A DNA stretch of 63,295 nt, filler included, from Octopus bimaculoides (Eukaryota): the NCBI RefSeq assembly GCF_001194135.2. It is 5 parts of 5 records of this genome, joined end to end, with 100 filler letters (N's around TTAATTAATTAA, not from the genome) between each part and the next. Parts side by side here need not be neighbours in the genome. Positions count along the whole stretch, not along the records: positions 41,574 to 60,930 come from NC_068985.1; positions 61,031 to 63,295 come from NW_026300950.1; 3 more parts are not named here. The stretch is one strand, 5' to 3'. Below are positions 50,775 to 63,295 of this stretch, one piece after another (within the stretch, counting starts at the first letter, position 1; each line of letters opens with the position of its first letter). A program made the position numbers and the translations under genes. Below the pieces are notes generated by a model. That model did not search any database. It was not told where the DNA came from and was given only the letters and a program-made list of their open reading frames with translations.

Positions 50775-50983
50775 TACAAGAGGGTGCTGAAAATTCTTGG
50801 CTTTGGGTGAAAGAAAATACAGAAGGATCAGTTAATTATGATTCTATTCAACATATTCTCCCCTCAGATTCACACATTTAATGCAGTGGTCCTTCAGTTT
50901 TTCTAAGAACTTAGAAGGTTGGGCCTCCAACCAGGTCTTTCGCAATCCTCTTAAAGCCAAGAACTTTTCAGCACCCTCTCATA
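50775..50983 (-). mobile_element. Second copy of the mariner-derived MITE (partial third copy about 59725-59880)
   Basis: Same TIRs and TA flanks; interior is the reverse complement of 28232-28439. Confidence 0.75.
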
Positions 50984-51511
50984 CTAAGTGTAAAGATAAT
51001 AATTTATCTTTTCCTTTTTCACTAGATAGCTAGTAACCTCTTAGAACTTTAGTGGAGATTGCTTCAGGATGGTTGTGGGTTAGGAGGCGCAAGCTCTGGA
51101 ATGGGCAATGCTACCAGGATAGTGATAATTGAGACACAAGCTGGGACTTGGTCAACCCTAGCTTGGTCACCTAAGAGAGGGTGTCAGATTGTTGAAAGAC
51201 TTGAAACACATAATGACCCTTGGAAATATCACTGATGATGTGTCCAGGTACATCACTGGATAATGTATGGAAAAACTGATCTCAGTAATATGAATTATAG
51301 GATTATATGATTGGTTTTAGCAAAATAAAAGGTGAACAAGATCGAAGGGTACATAACTGCATAAGAATTGGATTGTTTTAAAAACAAATTTAGAAGACTA
51401 TAATCAGTGTTGAATTTTTGCCCATTGCTGCTAGCATAGCAAGTTAATGCAATGGGATTTCTATCAGGAGACTTGGGTTCAGTTTCTACATAGTACTTAC
51501 ATTTTATTCTC

Positions 51512-51606
<95 letters not shown>

Positions 51607-51992
51607 NNNNNNNNNNNNNNNNNNNNNNNNNNNNNNNNNNNNNNNNNNNNNNNNNNNNNNNNNNNNNNNNNNNNNNNNNNNNNNNNNNNNNNNNNNNNNN
51701 NNNNNNNNNNNNNNNNNNNNNNNNNNNNNNNNNNNNNNNNNNNNNNNNNNNNNNNNNNNNNNNNNNNNNNNNNNNNNNNNNNNNNNNNNNNNNNNNNNNN
51801 NNNNNNNNNNNNNNNNNNNNNNNNNNNNNNNNNTCTTTCATGGTGCCATCCATTTTTATTTTATTTTATTTTATATTATATATTGCATATTATATTATAT
51901 ATTGTATATTCCATATTCTATACCCCACATTGGTTCTGCAGGAATATAAATAAAACATAAAAAACAGACAGTGTTGGAACTCTTTTAAACAA

Positions 51993-52035
<43 letters not shown>

Positions 52036-52252
52036 GATTGGAGCCTGGTGTAGCCATCCGGTTGCACCAGTCCTCAGTCAAATCGTCCAACCCATGCTAG
52101 CATGGAAAGCGGACGTTAAACGATGATGATGATGATATTTGTAGCTCAGTTAAAATATATACATAAAAGTGCATTCTTCTATCAGTAATTATTTAATCTT
52201 CAAATACTGAAAATTTTCTAAAACAAAAATCTATTTATCTATTTATTTTCAG

Positions 52253-52330
52253 CTGGTTGTTGGCTCTGAAGATTTTGATATAAGAGTCTTCAAAGAAGAT
52301 GAAATAATTGCAGAAATGAATGAAACAGAA
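52253..52330 (+). CDS. BBS2: BBS2 exon (exon 5 equivalent): [26 protein letters not shown]
   Basis: ttttcAG / GTaaga; 78 nt; near-identical to human [26 protein letters not shown]. Confidence 0.96.
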
Positions 52331-54014
52331 GTAAGATAACAACTTTTGAAATATACATATACATATATTAAAAAGTTGTTTTTTTATTATTATTGTTATT
52401 AGCTTCAGGTTGTATGTTTCATTCATTTATTCTTTGCATTATCAGTTCTTGTCATCTAGTTGTCAAACTCTCCTCATATCAAGAAAATGTCATTGCATCC
52501 TTTTCCCTTAATCATGAACAGCATTCAACTAGAACCCTCACAATTGTTCCAAGTAGTAGATTTCACTATCACAGAAGATCTCTTCTGATGGAAACATAAT
52601 ATAGCTAGGACCACATCCCACAATTGGCCCTTGTCATTTTGACCAGGGGATACTTCAGTTCCGTGCAGTTGTTGACACTTTGAAAATCTTAGGTGAGCTC
52701 CACAATGGATTGTTGCTCTCACATCTGAGACAGTGCTGCTGCTACTGCACACAGAGACATCTTAAACTGCAACCAGGAAGGGCCATCCAAATGACTGGCA
52801 GAAAGTCATTCACAGATGCATTTCAGTCTCTGTCCCACAGAGGCACTGTTTCTTCTTTCTGTCTTTTCTTGCACTACTGTAATGGTCTCTCATCTGGATG
52901 GGCTCATGTCACATCTATTCAGGCATGTTCAGTCCAATTGTTTCTCCTCTTCTCATCATTCTTGTTGTTGCTATTCCCTCTCCAAGCTTGCCACTAATCA
53001 CCACAGCTTGTTCATCAGACCCAAATAGTCAGTTCTCTCTCTGCTCGTGTCTTTTCCACAGATGTTGACTTGCAAGTGTTCAAGAAGACTTGCAAAGACC
53101 ATGGACACTTCCCCTCCCTGCTGACTAGAAAGTAAAAAAAAATAGAAAAGCACATCTTGATTTCAATCCACAGCTGAAACTACTTCATATGACCCAATAA
53201 ATGTTTGAGATGACCTGTTATCATGGTTTTTAATATTTATGTCATCCAACCTAAGCCAGCATGGAAAATGGAAGATAAACGCCACTGCCTATAGTGTAGT
53301 CATACTTATGTGTTATCATAGCTCAAAATTATGTCTGTATTTTGAAATTTGTTTCAAGAAAGTGATTGAAGAACATACCAACTGAAATGTTGTGTAGATA
53401 GAAACATAAAACATATTTCTAATAGAGCAATAAATTCATTATCATCATAGAATGTCTCATTTGTGCTGGTGCATGTGTGTGTGTGTGTAATGTCAATTAA
53501 TGTGTGACAGAGTGTTGCACAAATTTATTATATGAAGCAAAAATCAACCCAACCTAGAATCCTGATCTAATGATAGGGCAGAACAAAATAATTCAGGATT
53601 CTTGTTTCAGCTTGACTACTAAAGTTGCTTCCCACCATCTTCCTCATATTTTCAAGAGCACTTGAATCTGATATTGCAAATAAACAAAATATCTATTAAT
53701 TATGCAGCATTCCTATTTCTTTACTGCAATACCTACTTGGATATTTGCTATGATGGTGACTGTATATAAACTGTTGAGCTAATGGTGATTGTATATAAAC
53801 TGTTGAGCCTATCAACCCATCCACCCTGTAGGTTCATACAATTTTAATTCTATGCAATGAATTCAAACCATTCTTGGTATCTTACTTCTCTATTTTTTGC
53901 TCTACTGTAAATTTTAATTTTTGATTAACAGTTTTCATACTTATTTAATACTGTAAAAAGATTTTGTGATTACTTGCATGCTGTATAATCACCTTAATCT
54001 TTTTTGTTTTCTAG

Positions 54015-54119
54015 GTAGTTACATGCTTACATTCCATGGGTGACAATAAATTTGCCTATGCATTGCAAAATGGCACAGTGGGTATCTATGAACGTACTTC
54101 CCGGCAATGGAGAATAAAG
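54015..54119 (+). CDS. BBS2: BBS2 exon (exon 6 equivalent): [35 protein letters not shown]
   Basis: ttttctAG / GTtggt; 105 nt; YAL-NGTVG-Y...WRIK motif. Confidence 0.95.
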
Positions 54120-55002
54120 GTTGGTATTTTTAGCTACTGATTACCTGCTTGTTTTTAGAATGACTAACTTATCAGTGGACTAGTTTAACTTGGAAAGGGC
54201 TCGATTTTGTATGTGCATACATAAAAATACACATGCACATATAAATTAAGGCAGTAGAGAGTAAATGTAAATCAAGTCGATAGATCCAATTTAATATTCT
54301 ATTCTGAGTTTTCAGTGGATGTGTGTGTATGTGGTGTCCTCAACTCCTGATAGAACAGTAGAGGCATGTCTTGAGCACTCTTGAGCAGAGATGAAAACTG
54401 TAAAATACTTTTTCTGGTATTCTAACAACTCCACCAATTGATCACCTTAAATGTATGAATGTATAAATGTGTATAAACACATTTAAGTGTTGTTATTCTT
54501 ATGTGACACCTTGTATGTATAACAACACCAAGTCATTTGGATACTGTGACATGAGTTGAGATATTATTTAATATATTGAGGTAGTGCCACCGTAGACCTA
54601 TAGTGGGAGTTGAGCTCAGCTAACACTTGAAGTAATTATCAAGATACTGAAGCAAAATGGTCCTACTGCCAAGAAGGCAGGAGTGTTTTGTGAATGGATT
54701 GGTGAAAGCTACTTCCATATTGACACAAAGTGTTGATATGATCACTCATCCTGCTAGAAATAGCAACCATGCCAAAAGCCTTGAAAAGAAAAAAGGACAG
54801 TCTTAAGATAAAACCATGATGAAAATGTTTTTAATGATAAGTCTGTTTGGGCATGGCTTACCTGGGGCTAAGTAATCACAACATTACACTGGTAAACATA
54901 TATCCGTGCACACATTTGTTTATTGCACATTCATACATATGTAAGCAACACATTCAAAGATGTGATTTAAAAGAAATGATGTTTTCTTTCCTGCTGTGTC
55001 AG

Positions 55003-55089
55003 TCTAAAAGCCAAGCAGTTACAATCCACAGCTTTGATATTAACAATGATGGCGTTCCTGAGTTGATTACTGGATGGAATAATGGTAAG
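55003..55089 (+). CDS. BBS2: BBS2 exon (exon 7 equivalent): [29 protein letters not shown]
   Basis: gtgtcAG / GTaagg; 87 nt; DGV-ELITGW-NGK motif. Confidence 0.95.
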
Positions 55090-55178
55090 GTAAGGTTACT
55101 TTTTTTTTTATTAAAAAAAATCACAACAGTATATGAAATCTTCATTGTCATATTTCTAACAAAAGTAGAGTGCTTATA

Positions 55179-56394
55179 TGCAGTCCTGACAGAAGTAAAT
55201 AGACACCCCATAAAACATCGTTTTATGTTTATTCTAACTTGTAAAGGTTTATACTTTTTATTAATTGATAGATTCAGATTCTGTATGTGACTATTTAATT
55301 ATGCCATGTACAAAAGAAGCTTTGAAACTGTCTGAATTTCAAAAAGGTTGTATTGTGGATTCATCCTGAAGAAAACTTTGGGATCCCACTTTCTACAATT
55401 AACAGAGTGATCGTGCAATTCACCAGAGAGGGGAAGGAGTCCACATCAAATCACCCAGATCAACTAGGGCCTTCTGATAGGACCCTTCTCTTTACTAAGA
55501 GAAGAATGGAGGATAATCCTCGTTACAAAGCCTCTGAGAAAGCAAAACAAGTTGATATCAGTCCCAGAACAGCTGTCATGTATCTCCACAAACCTGACTA
55601 CTATGGCAGAGAAGCAAGAAGGAAGCCACTTCTTCAACCAGCCAACATCTAGCGGAGAAAAGATTGGGCCAGTAAGATGGTGGAGAGGTTGCTATCATTT
55701 TGAGACACTGTCATATTCTCTGATGAGTCCAGATTTGCTGTATTTCCTGACAGTGGTTGAGTGTGGGTCTGGAGACTCTGTGATCAAGAATTTGATGTGA
55801 AAAGATTGCAGCCAACAATGAAACACAGCAGCTATTCTGTGATGGTCTGGGAAGCAATTTGGAGCAATGGTTGATCAGAGCTGGTGGCGTGTGAGGGAAA
55901 CATAAACTCAGATAAATATGTGTCCACATTGCAGAAAGGACTCCTTCCAATCGTTCTCCATCAGTGAAATGATTAAAGAAGACTCTTTGTTATGGAAGAT
56001 GGGGCTCCTTGTCACACGGCTAAAATGACCCAAGATCTGTTGGATGAGAATGGCATTAAAAAGCTTCCATGGTCAAGCCAGTCATGTACCCTACTGAACA
56101 CCTGAGACATAATGGACAGGACACTTCATAAAAAGAACAAGAAAGCATCTTCAAAGCCAAATCTTTTGAGATTACTGCATGAAACTTGTTAAGAAATTTT
56201 GCGAGAGAATATTTGTTATCTGACCAGTAACATGCCTAATCGGGTCCTTGCATTGAAAAATGCAAAGGGCATGTCAACTAAATATTAAATATTCACATTA
56301 TAGCAATTGATAAATAATTTGAATGTATAATTTCAGATTTAAATAAATGTTAATAATCATAAGGGTGTCTATTTAATTTTGTCATGTTTGTGTA
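55179..56394 (+). mobile_element. Near full-length decayed Tc1 transposon in a BBS2 intron
   Basis: HTH region ([10 protein letters not shown]), RRKPLL, VIFSDESRF, FMEDGAPCHTAK, NAKGMSTKY*; imperfect TIRs of about 30 bp (TGACA-AA-TAAATAGACACCC) at both ends with TA flanks; many stops. Confidence 0.85.
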
Positions 56395-56913
56395 TGTCTT
56401 AATTTTTTAAAGCAATCAGGAATTTGGAAGGATTAAGTCAAATAACTAACGTTATTTTATCTATTGTTGTATTGAGCTGGTATTTAAAGTTCAACTGAAT
56501 ACAAGACACATTTTTATCTCCTGAAATCTTCCATATTCATTAACCCTTTAGCATTTAAACTGGTCATATCCAACCCAAAATATTCTACCTGTTCTATGTT
56601 CAAAGTGGCCATGTCCAGCTTCTCATACCTACCCAACTATGTCATTATAAAAATAAACAATCACATCATTGAAATCTCAAAGCTATGAAATGATAAATCC
56701 AAAACAATGTAAATAAATACATCTGACAGTGTAATCGGAATGCTAGAAGGCGAATGTAATAACAAGATTTCAAATGAAATGGTTTTAAAATGCATGCCAT
56801 TATGTAGTGGTTGGTATGCAACTTGTCCAATCCAGTTAGTCAGAAATATATGATTTGATTTCCAAACATAAAAAAAATACATAAATAAATCATGTAATTT
56901 CATAATCTTTCAG

Positions 56914-56991
56914 GTTGATGTTCGTAATGACCGTACAGGGGAAGTTCTTTTCAAAGATAACTTTCCAAGTTCAGTGGCAGGTATTGTACAG
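56914..56991 (+). CDS. BBS2: BBS2 exon (5' part of human exon 8): VDVRNDRTGEVLFKDNFPSSVAGIVQ
   Basis: ctttcAG / GTaaat; 78 nt; DRTGEV-FKDNF motif. Confidence 0.94.
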
Positions 56992-58313
56992 GTAAATACA
57001 GGTGTTCAATGTTCTTTAACTTACAAAACAGTACTGTTTAAATTCTGCCTTTGTTTGCCATTGGTCAATCAAGCAGTCAAAACCCATTGCCTAAGGCTGC
57101 AGGTGCACAGCAAAAGGCACAGCTTCCCCCCTCCGTCCTTCCCAGTCATCAACCAACATTAAATTTTCTACCATCTTCTTCCTTGTCTATTTCATTTACT
57201 GGAGGTTTCTTCAAATATGACTATTTGCTAGAGGTAGGGTGTCATGATGTTACATGACCAAACTCCTTTATCCCCCCCCCTTTTGCCGGTTGATACAATT
57301 GTTTGTTCCAAATAATTTCTTTTGACTAAAGTAGAAACTGTATTATCATTGTTAGATTTTACACTTGTTTCTCCAGGAGTTCAGATTACACAAACAAACC
57401 CTGCATTTAGAAAGATTCCTGTATTCAACTTATTTTGGATTTACTTCATGGATATACCAAAGAAGAACCTAGGAATCACAGGGAAACGGATCCCTGAATG
57501 GGTTGTACAGGTTTCCAAACCAGCAGCTTTCAAAACAGCTCTACTTCAAATGCATGTGATGTTGGGCATCTAATGCTAATGTATTTTAGTGTTTCCATTT
57601 GCATTGTTTTGATTGAGATTGGGGAGCGGGTAGGTTACATTTTGATGCCCTTTCTATCATCATCTCCTCTTTCAATGCAAACTAGGGGTATTTAATGTGA
57701 TGCCAGCATTACAGACGTTTTCTTCAAAATGAAAGGCCTTTTATAGATATAGTTGCAGTCGAGTAATCTTGCTGGGTCATTAAAACACTGATGAAGGCCC
57801 AGTCTTCATGCAGTTACTTGACCGATATATGAGAAGAAGACCCCCTTTGGTCATGAATGACCATGGGATTGCACCTGGAAAGTTCCCCTCCAAGGCACAA
57901 GTCTGAGCAAGGTTGTTTAGGAAGTCCAGCAGTCGCCCATGCATACCAGCTTCCCCGCTCTACGCCAGCGATTTTATCCAAGGAAAAGGCAAAGGCTGAT
58001 ACAGCTTGGCACCAGTGATGTCTTAACTCATTTCTACAGATGAGTGAACTGGAGCAACGTGAAATAAAGTGTCTGGCTCAGGAACACAACACACAGCCTA
58101 GTCTGGGAATTGACCTCACTACCTCATGACTGGCCTCACAAATGAGATGACACAGAAACAAATGGCATGAAAATATGTTATAATTCCAACCCATCCAATC
58201 TATGCAGAGACAAAAGTGTATGGTTTTTATAGCAACTACATCCCAGTGTTTATGCTTTTATGCTCTTCATTTGTTGCTTCCTTCGTTAATTCCATCACCT
58301 TCTTATTCCGTAG

Positions 58314-58371
58314 GGAGCATATACACAACTTGGTAAGGAACAAATGATATGCTGTTCTGTAGATGGTGAAG
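58314..58371 (+). CDS. BBS2: BBS2 exon (3' part of human exon 8): GAYTQLGKEQMICCSVDGE
   Basis: ttccgtAG / GTaacg; 58 nt, phase 0 to 1; ICCSVDGE motif. Confidence 0.92.
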
Positions 58372-60345
58372 GTAACGCATTTCAAATTTCCATTACTTCT
58401 GTTACTGTTTTTGAAAATTTATATATTCACTTATTAAATACTGTTTTACATCCATTTCCCATTGACAGTAAATCTGGACATCAGAGCATTGTTTGTGCAA
58501 CTAATATTTTTCGCGTGAATAGATTTACTATCACTTAGTTTGTAATATACTCAAGGGTATTCACTAGAAATTGTAGGTTATTGATGTTCTGCATTAATAT
58601 GAATTGGACTGAGAATCTAAACAAAAGTGTATCTAAGAGGGAGGACTTCTTTCTGGGTTCTGCACTGGAAAAGAAAATGAACTTGTTTCTTCTTCAATGA
58701 AGAGTCTCATCTTAAAATATCAGCTTTAATTTCATCTCATTGCTTACTAACATACTTCTATTTGTTTTTATTGCCAATGAAATATTCAGCCAACTTTGTA
58801 CCTGGTCAGAAAATAAGTACTGAAGTAAGAGTGGTACCAGCTTGTCAGCCTAGCAAACTGTGGGAAGCTGAGTTAGGTACCTTGCCTAAGGAAACAACAG
58901 TTCTGACTCGTGCACTTAAAAGTATGATGATTTATTCTGTGACTATTTAGTTGCGATTGTGACATATCAATGACGATGTTTGTACAAATAAATACTATTT
59001 CTTACATTAAGAACAGGATACTGAAGGTGGTAAAGACAGCAGTGCACTGGATTAAATTCCTTACAGTACAGGCTAGACTTCTTAAACCTGGTAATCTTGG
59101 AACCGGCTATTTCTGGACTGTAGAAAATGCCATAAAACAAAAATTTACCCCCTTAAGGACAATCCCCGTGTAAACACAGCCCTGCTGTCTCATTTTATGT
59201 ATGTGTAGTGATCTCTCATCAAAGCTAGTAAAAGCTTAATACAGGAAATAGTGCAGCTGATATTGCTTCCAAACAAGGTTTTTATTGTTTTGTATAATAT
59301 AATGTAAAACTATAAATTCTAAAAGTGCTAGATCATAGGAGCACCAGGATTTAAGAGGCTTTTCTATATTCTGAGTTCAGATCATGCAGTACTCCTAATA
59401 AACTTGGGTTGATTCCATCAGTTATGTGTAGAGTTTTACTTTGATTTGCTCACACTAAATTAATGTTGTAATTTTAAAGAACAAAGAACTGTAACGTTAG
59501 TATAAACATTAAATAGCTTGACTAGATTCTTTACACTAGTGGTTCCCTCAAATTGAACCCAAGTAACAAGGGATTGCATAAGGGTGATGATACAAATGAA
59601 GGTATTTTTAGGGAGGGGAGCATTATGTTTATTATTTCTCATTTGAAATATCCAATGCTATTATTATTTATTAAAGTAAAAGTGGTGAAGTAACCATATA
59701 GGGTTACATACTTTGTGGTATTTAATTTCGAAAGGCTTGGTTGGAGGTCCAACCTTCTGAGTTCTTTTACAGGGCTCAGAAAAACTGAAGGACCACTGCA
59801 GTAAGTGTGTGAATCTGAGGGGAGGGGAATATGTTGACTAAAATCATAATTAACTGATCCTCCTGTATTTTCTATTACCCCCTCCCCCTCGTACTTCTGT
59901 AGGTTTCACAATGCTCATGTGTCAAAATTGACTTCTGACTACTCAGAAACCAATGCAATAAAAAAAATAATAAAAGAAATGAAATTAGCTGAGAAAAATG
60001 CAAGCTTAGATTTCGGGATCCTTGGCCTCACAGATGTGGTGACTGAAGATCAATGCAGTATACTTGAGATTTGGGGTGAGAGGGTGTAGTAGATTAAACT
60101 GACCTCAGTATGTGACACACCTTATTTTAAAATAAACCTTGAAAGGATTAAAGGCAAAATTGAACTTTGTAGGATTTGAACTCAGACCATAAAGAAACAA
60201 AAAAGATACTACAAACTATTTTGTCCAGTACTCTACCACTTCTGCCAATAATTTCTATGAAAGTATTTCTATACTTAATGAGGAGATAACACATTGTCTC
60301 TGATTCAGTCAATTTAGAGGTTAACAATAATATTTTACATTTCAG

Positions 60346-60443
60346 TTCGTGGCTATAACCCTTTGACCTCTGACACTCTTAGTCTCGGCGTTAGTGTCAC
60401 TCTGGAACAAGAAACTATCCGAGAACTCACACAAAAGAAACAG
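60346..60443 (+). CDS. BBS2: BBS2 exon (5' part of human exon 9): VRGYNPLTSDTLSLGVSVTLEQETIRELTQKKQ
   Basis: atttcAG / GTatgt; 98 nt, phase 1 to 0; RGY...EQ-IREL-QKKQ motif. Confidence 0.92.
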
Positions 60444-60930
60444 GTATGTTGATATTGAGAACCCTGAGTAAAGTATCCATAGCTATGCACATTGCAAGTT
60501 ACCTCTATCTCTTCAAATACATATTTTATTTAGCTTCATTAAGCATTCTCAAGTAAAATTTCTTAGGACCCAGATCAAACTATATCCTTGTGACTTCTTT
60601 TTTAGAAAACATGTAGCTATAGTTATATATATATGTGTGTATGTGTTTTAGGATTCTGACTATTTCTAATTTATTCATTCTTTTGATTTATATATTTATC
60701 ATCATCATCATCATCATCGTTTAACGTCCGCTTTCCATGCTAGCATGGGTTGGACGATTTGACTGAGGACTGGTGAAACCGGATGGCAACACCAGGCTCC
60801 AGCCTGATTTGGCAGAGTTTCTACAGCTGGATGCCCTTCCTAACGCCAACCACTCAGAGAGTGTAGTGGGTGCTTTTACGTGTCACCTGCACGAAAACGG
60901 CCACGCTCGAAATGGTGTCTTTTATGTGCC

Positions 60931-61030
60931 NNNNNNNNNNNNNNNNNNNNNNNNNNNNNNNNNNNNNNNNNNNNTTAATTAATTAANNNNNNNNNNNNNN
61001 NNNNNNNNNNNNNNNNNNNNNNNNNNNNNN
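60931..61030. other. Artificial scaffold linker
   Basis: Same 100-bp construct; 12-mer at 60975-60986. Confidence 0.95.
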
Positions 61031-63295
61031 GTGTGTGTGTGTGTGTGTGTGGGCGTAAGTCTGTTATTCTGTTAATCGTTAATTAACGAAGTTAATATTT
61101 ACGTTAACGATTTAACTCTACATTAACTTTGAAAATCATTATCGAACATCCGTTACATTTAGCTTCCGTTAACTCATGTCCGTTAACCCCAAACTTTCAT
61201 AAAATCCGGTAAACGTTTAAAAGTTTCTATTGTCTTCAGATTGTCTTAGCATATTTAATATTGTATGCGTCATTCTTTCAACCCCGATATAACGCCACTT
61301 ATTATTATAAATAACTTGTAGGACCTCGTTTGAAACCAAATCCACCCGCTTGTTACTTGCAAAAACAGCAAGAAATTTCCTTGTCCTGTCAAGAGGAAAC
61401 AATGTTTGATGTGTTCCCACTTGATCCGTGACCTCACTATGTCACGGAAAGTTCAAATGGATAGCAAGTGACCTACATTAGTATAAGCTATGCATATAAT
61501 GGTATATCCATCTTTAAGCGAGAAATAAGAGAGAATCTTGACCGCCACACTGTGAATGATTCTTGACCGCAGCAACAAAGCAGACAACTATAACAACCAG
61601 TAATATAGCCGTCCAGCTAGATACTCTACCTGGAAGGGAAAAAGTTGGTAAATATTTCAGTGTGAATGCAAATAGATGTTACATGGTAACAGGGCATGCT
61701 AGAAATAAAAGCCAAACCTTTCCGTTTCTGCAAAAAGGAGCCGTTTATGCGTGATTTCGATGTCACATTCGTTGAAAGCATGCAAAATAACCAGAAAAAG
61801 AAAAAAAGACCCGTGAAACAAAACACACTTGGTGGGAAAGTTCGAGGTTCCCACCACCTTTCTTTTCCGGAAAAAAGTTGCTTGCGGCAGGTTTGGAGGT
61901 TAGGTACATTGAAAAAGAAAAAACTGGAAAAAAAAAACTGGAAAAAAATTACGAAATATTTATCGAAAGAATAAAATCTTGTACTGATTATATGTATTTT
62001 AATTAATTCAAATTAATGTACCTCATCTTGAAAAGTGGCAAAAGTTTGGTTGGTTGCCATCTGGGTTGATTTTAGTAACAAATCAATCAGGTAAGATGCA
62101 TTAAGAATTTCAATTTTAGCGTTTATCCATAATGCCTTGCTTTTACACCTGTTAATTAAATTTACCTGCCCATAAAAGTCGAATTTACTCAGCAAGATCA
62201 GCTAAAATTACATAACTATAAACAAGTGGTTTATAAAGCATCCACTGACAAAATTTCAAATTTGTATGTAAAGAATTTACAGTTACAAGCAAATATTGTG
62301 GACACTCCTCTTGAATAATTCAAAATAGCGTGAACAAATAAGCATTACATTTGACTGATTAATATGAACACTAAAGATGTTTTTAGATGTTCTTTTTCTT
62401 ACACACACACATGACACGTCCTCGCTTGGTTGGGACTACACGTATGCTACTTAGACGTCATCATTCTATAAAATTTGTATATGGGGAGAAAAATATTGAA
62501 AAATATCAATGGATGTGTGAGTGAGAAAGAAGCGAGGAGGGAGGTTTTAGGATGTGCTAGAAACAACAGCCAGATCTCCTTTAAATCATACATTTTCCTC
62601 TGAAACAATTTTTTTTTAATCGAAAATGTTTCTCTCACGGGTTTTAAGTGCATAGTGAAAAAAAAAAAGAAAAATGGCCAAAATCATTTCGGACTGGGGT
62701 GTTGAGGGTGTGGTGGGAGTGAAAAAAAATCTGAAGATTTTGGTGAAAAACATGGGGGAAAAATCACCGCCAAAACGAGTAATTACAACTTATGTGGGCC
62801 GTCTGATCCGAAACTCCATTTTCCAGAAACTTCACCCTCAGTCCCCTTCCAAAAATTTTGCCTACAGATTTCTGTGTAATCGTAGTCTACATCGTTTGAA
62901 AGGTACATATGTTATATGTGTGTGTGTGTGAGTCCTCCATCACCGCTGTAGCCGGTGTTGGTGAGTTTACGTCCCCGTAAGTTAGCTGCTCATCAAAAGA
63001 AATCAATAGAATAAAGATTAGGCTTGGGGGTGATTTGTTTGACTAAATTCCTTCGAAGCGGTGCTCTAGCATGGCAGCGGTCGGAATGACTGAAACAAGT
63101 AAGAGAGTAAAAGAATACATACACACATACATACATACATACACATGTACACACATACATACATACAAACATGCATGCATGCATACATACATGCATACAT
63201 ACATGCGTACGTACACACACATGCACGTACACACATACATACATGCATACATACATATATACATACATACATATACACGTACACACATATACATA

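Noticed and set aside
47000-60443. TOLLIP 5' exons interleaved within BBS2 introns
   Set aside because: I scanned the minus strand by eye for C2 motifs (MDPY, KNPRWNK, LSGKQG) and found none; a tblastn would be the definitive test.

Overview
AT-rich, repeat-dense animal genomic DNA. The SINE families and microsatellite load point to an octopus; this is inference from repeat content, not a database match. Four identical 100-bp linkers (44 N + TTAATTAATTAA + 44 N at 6110-6209, 19089-19188, 41474-41573 and 60931-61030) split the window into five joined pieces. Three host genes are present, all partial: (1) four + strand exons encoding five LDL-receptor class A repeats matching the end of megalin/LRP2 cluster II (95-5807); (2) the last two coding exons of TOLLIP with its CUE domain on the - strand (39846-39741, 31123-30918); (3) eight + strand exons of BBS2 (47000-60443) whose sizes match the human exons as I recall them. 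TOLLIP and BBS2 face away from each other, and the 5' exons of both are missing at the 41.5-kb join. The rest is mobile DNA: a decayed Gypsy element with Gmr1-type order (integrase before RT, tRNA-Pro PBS) carrying a nested second LTR, a Penelope RT, a mariner, two Tc1 copies (one with D-x36-E spacing), RTE and CRE-like LINE remnants, hAT/mariner MITEs, a probable Helitron, four SINE families and two long intronic fold-backs. I found no clearly new biological system. The best leads are the unusual transposon lineages, a CpG-decay footprint that tracks gene bodies, the intronic dsRNA hairpins and a hammerhead-like motif.
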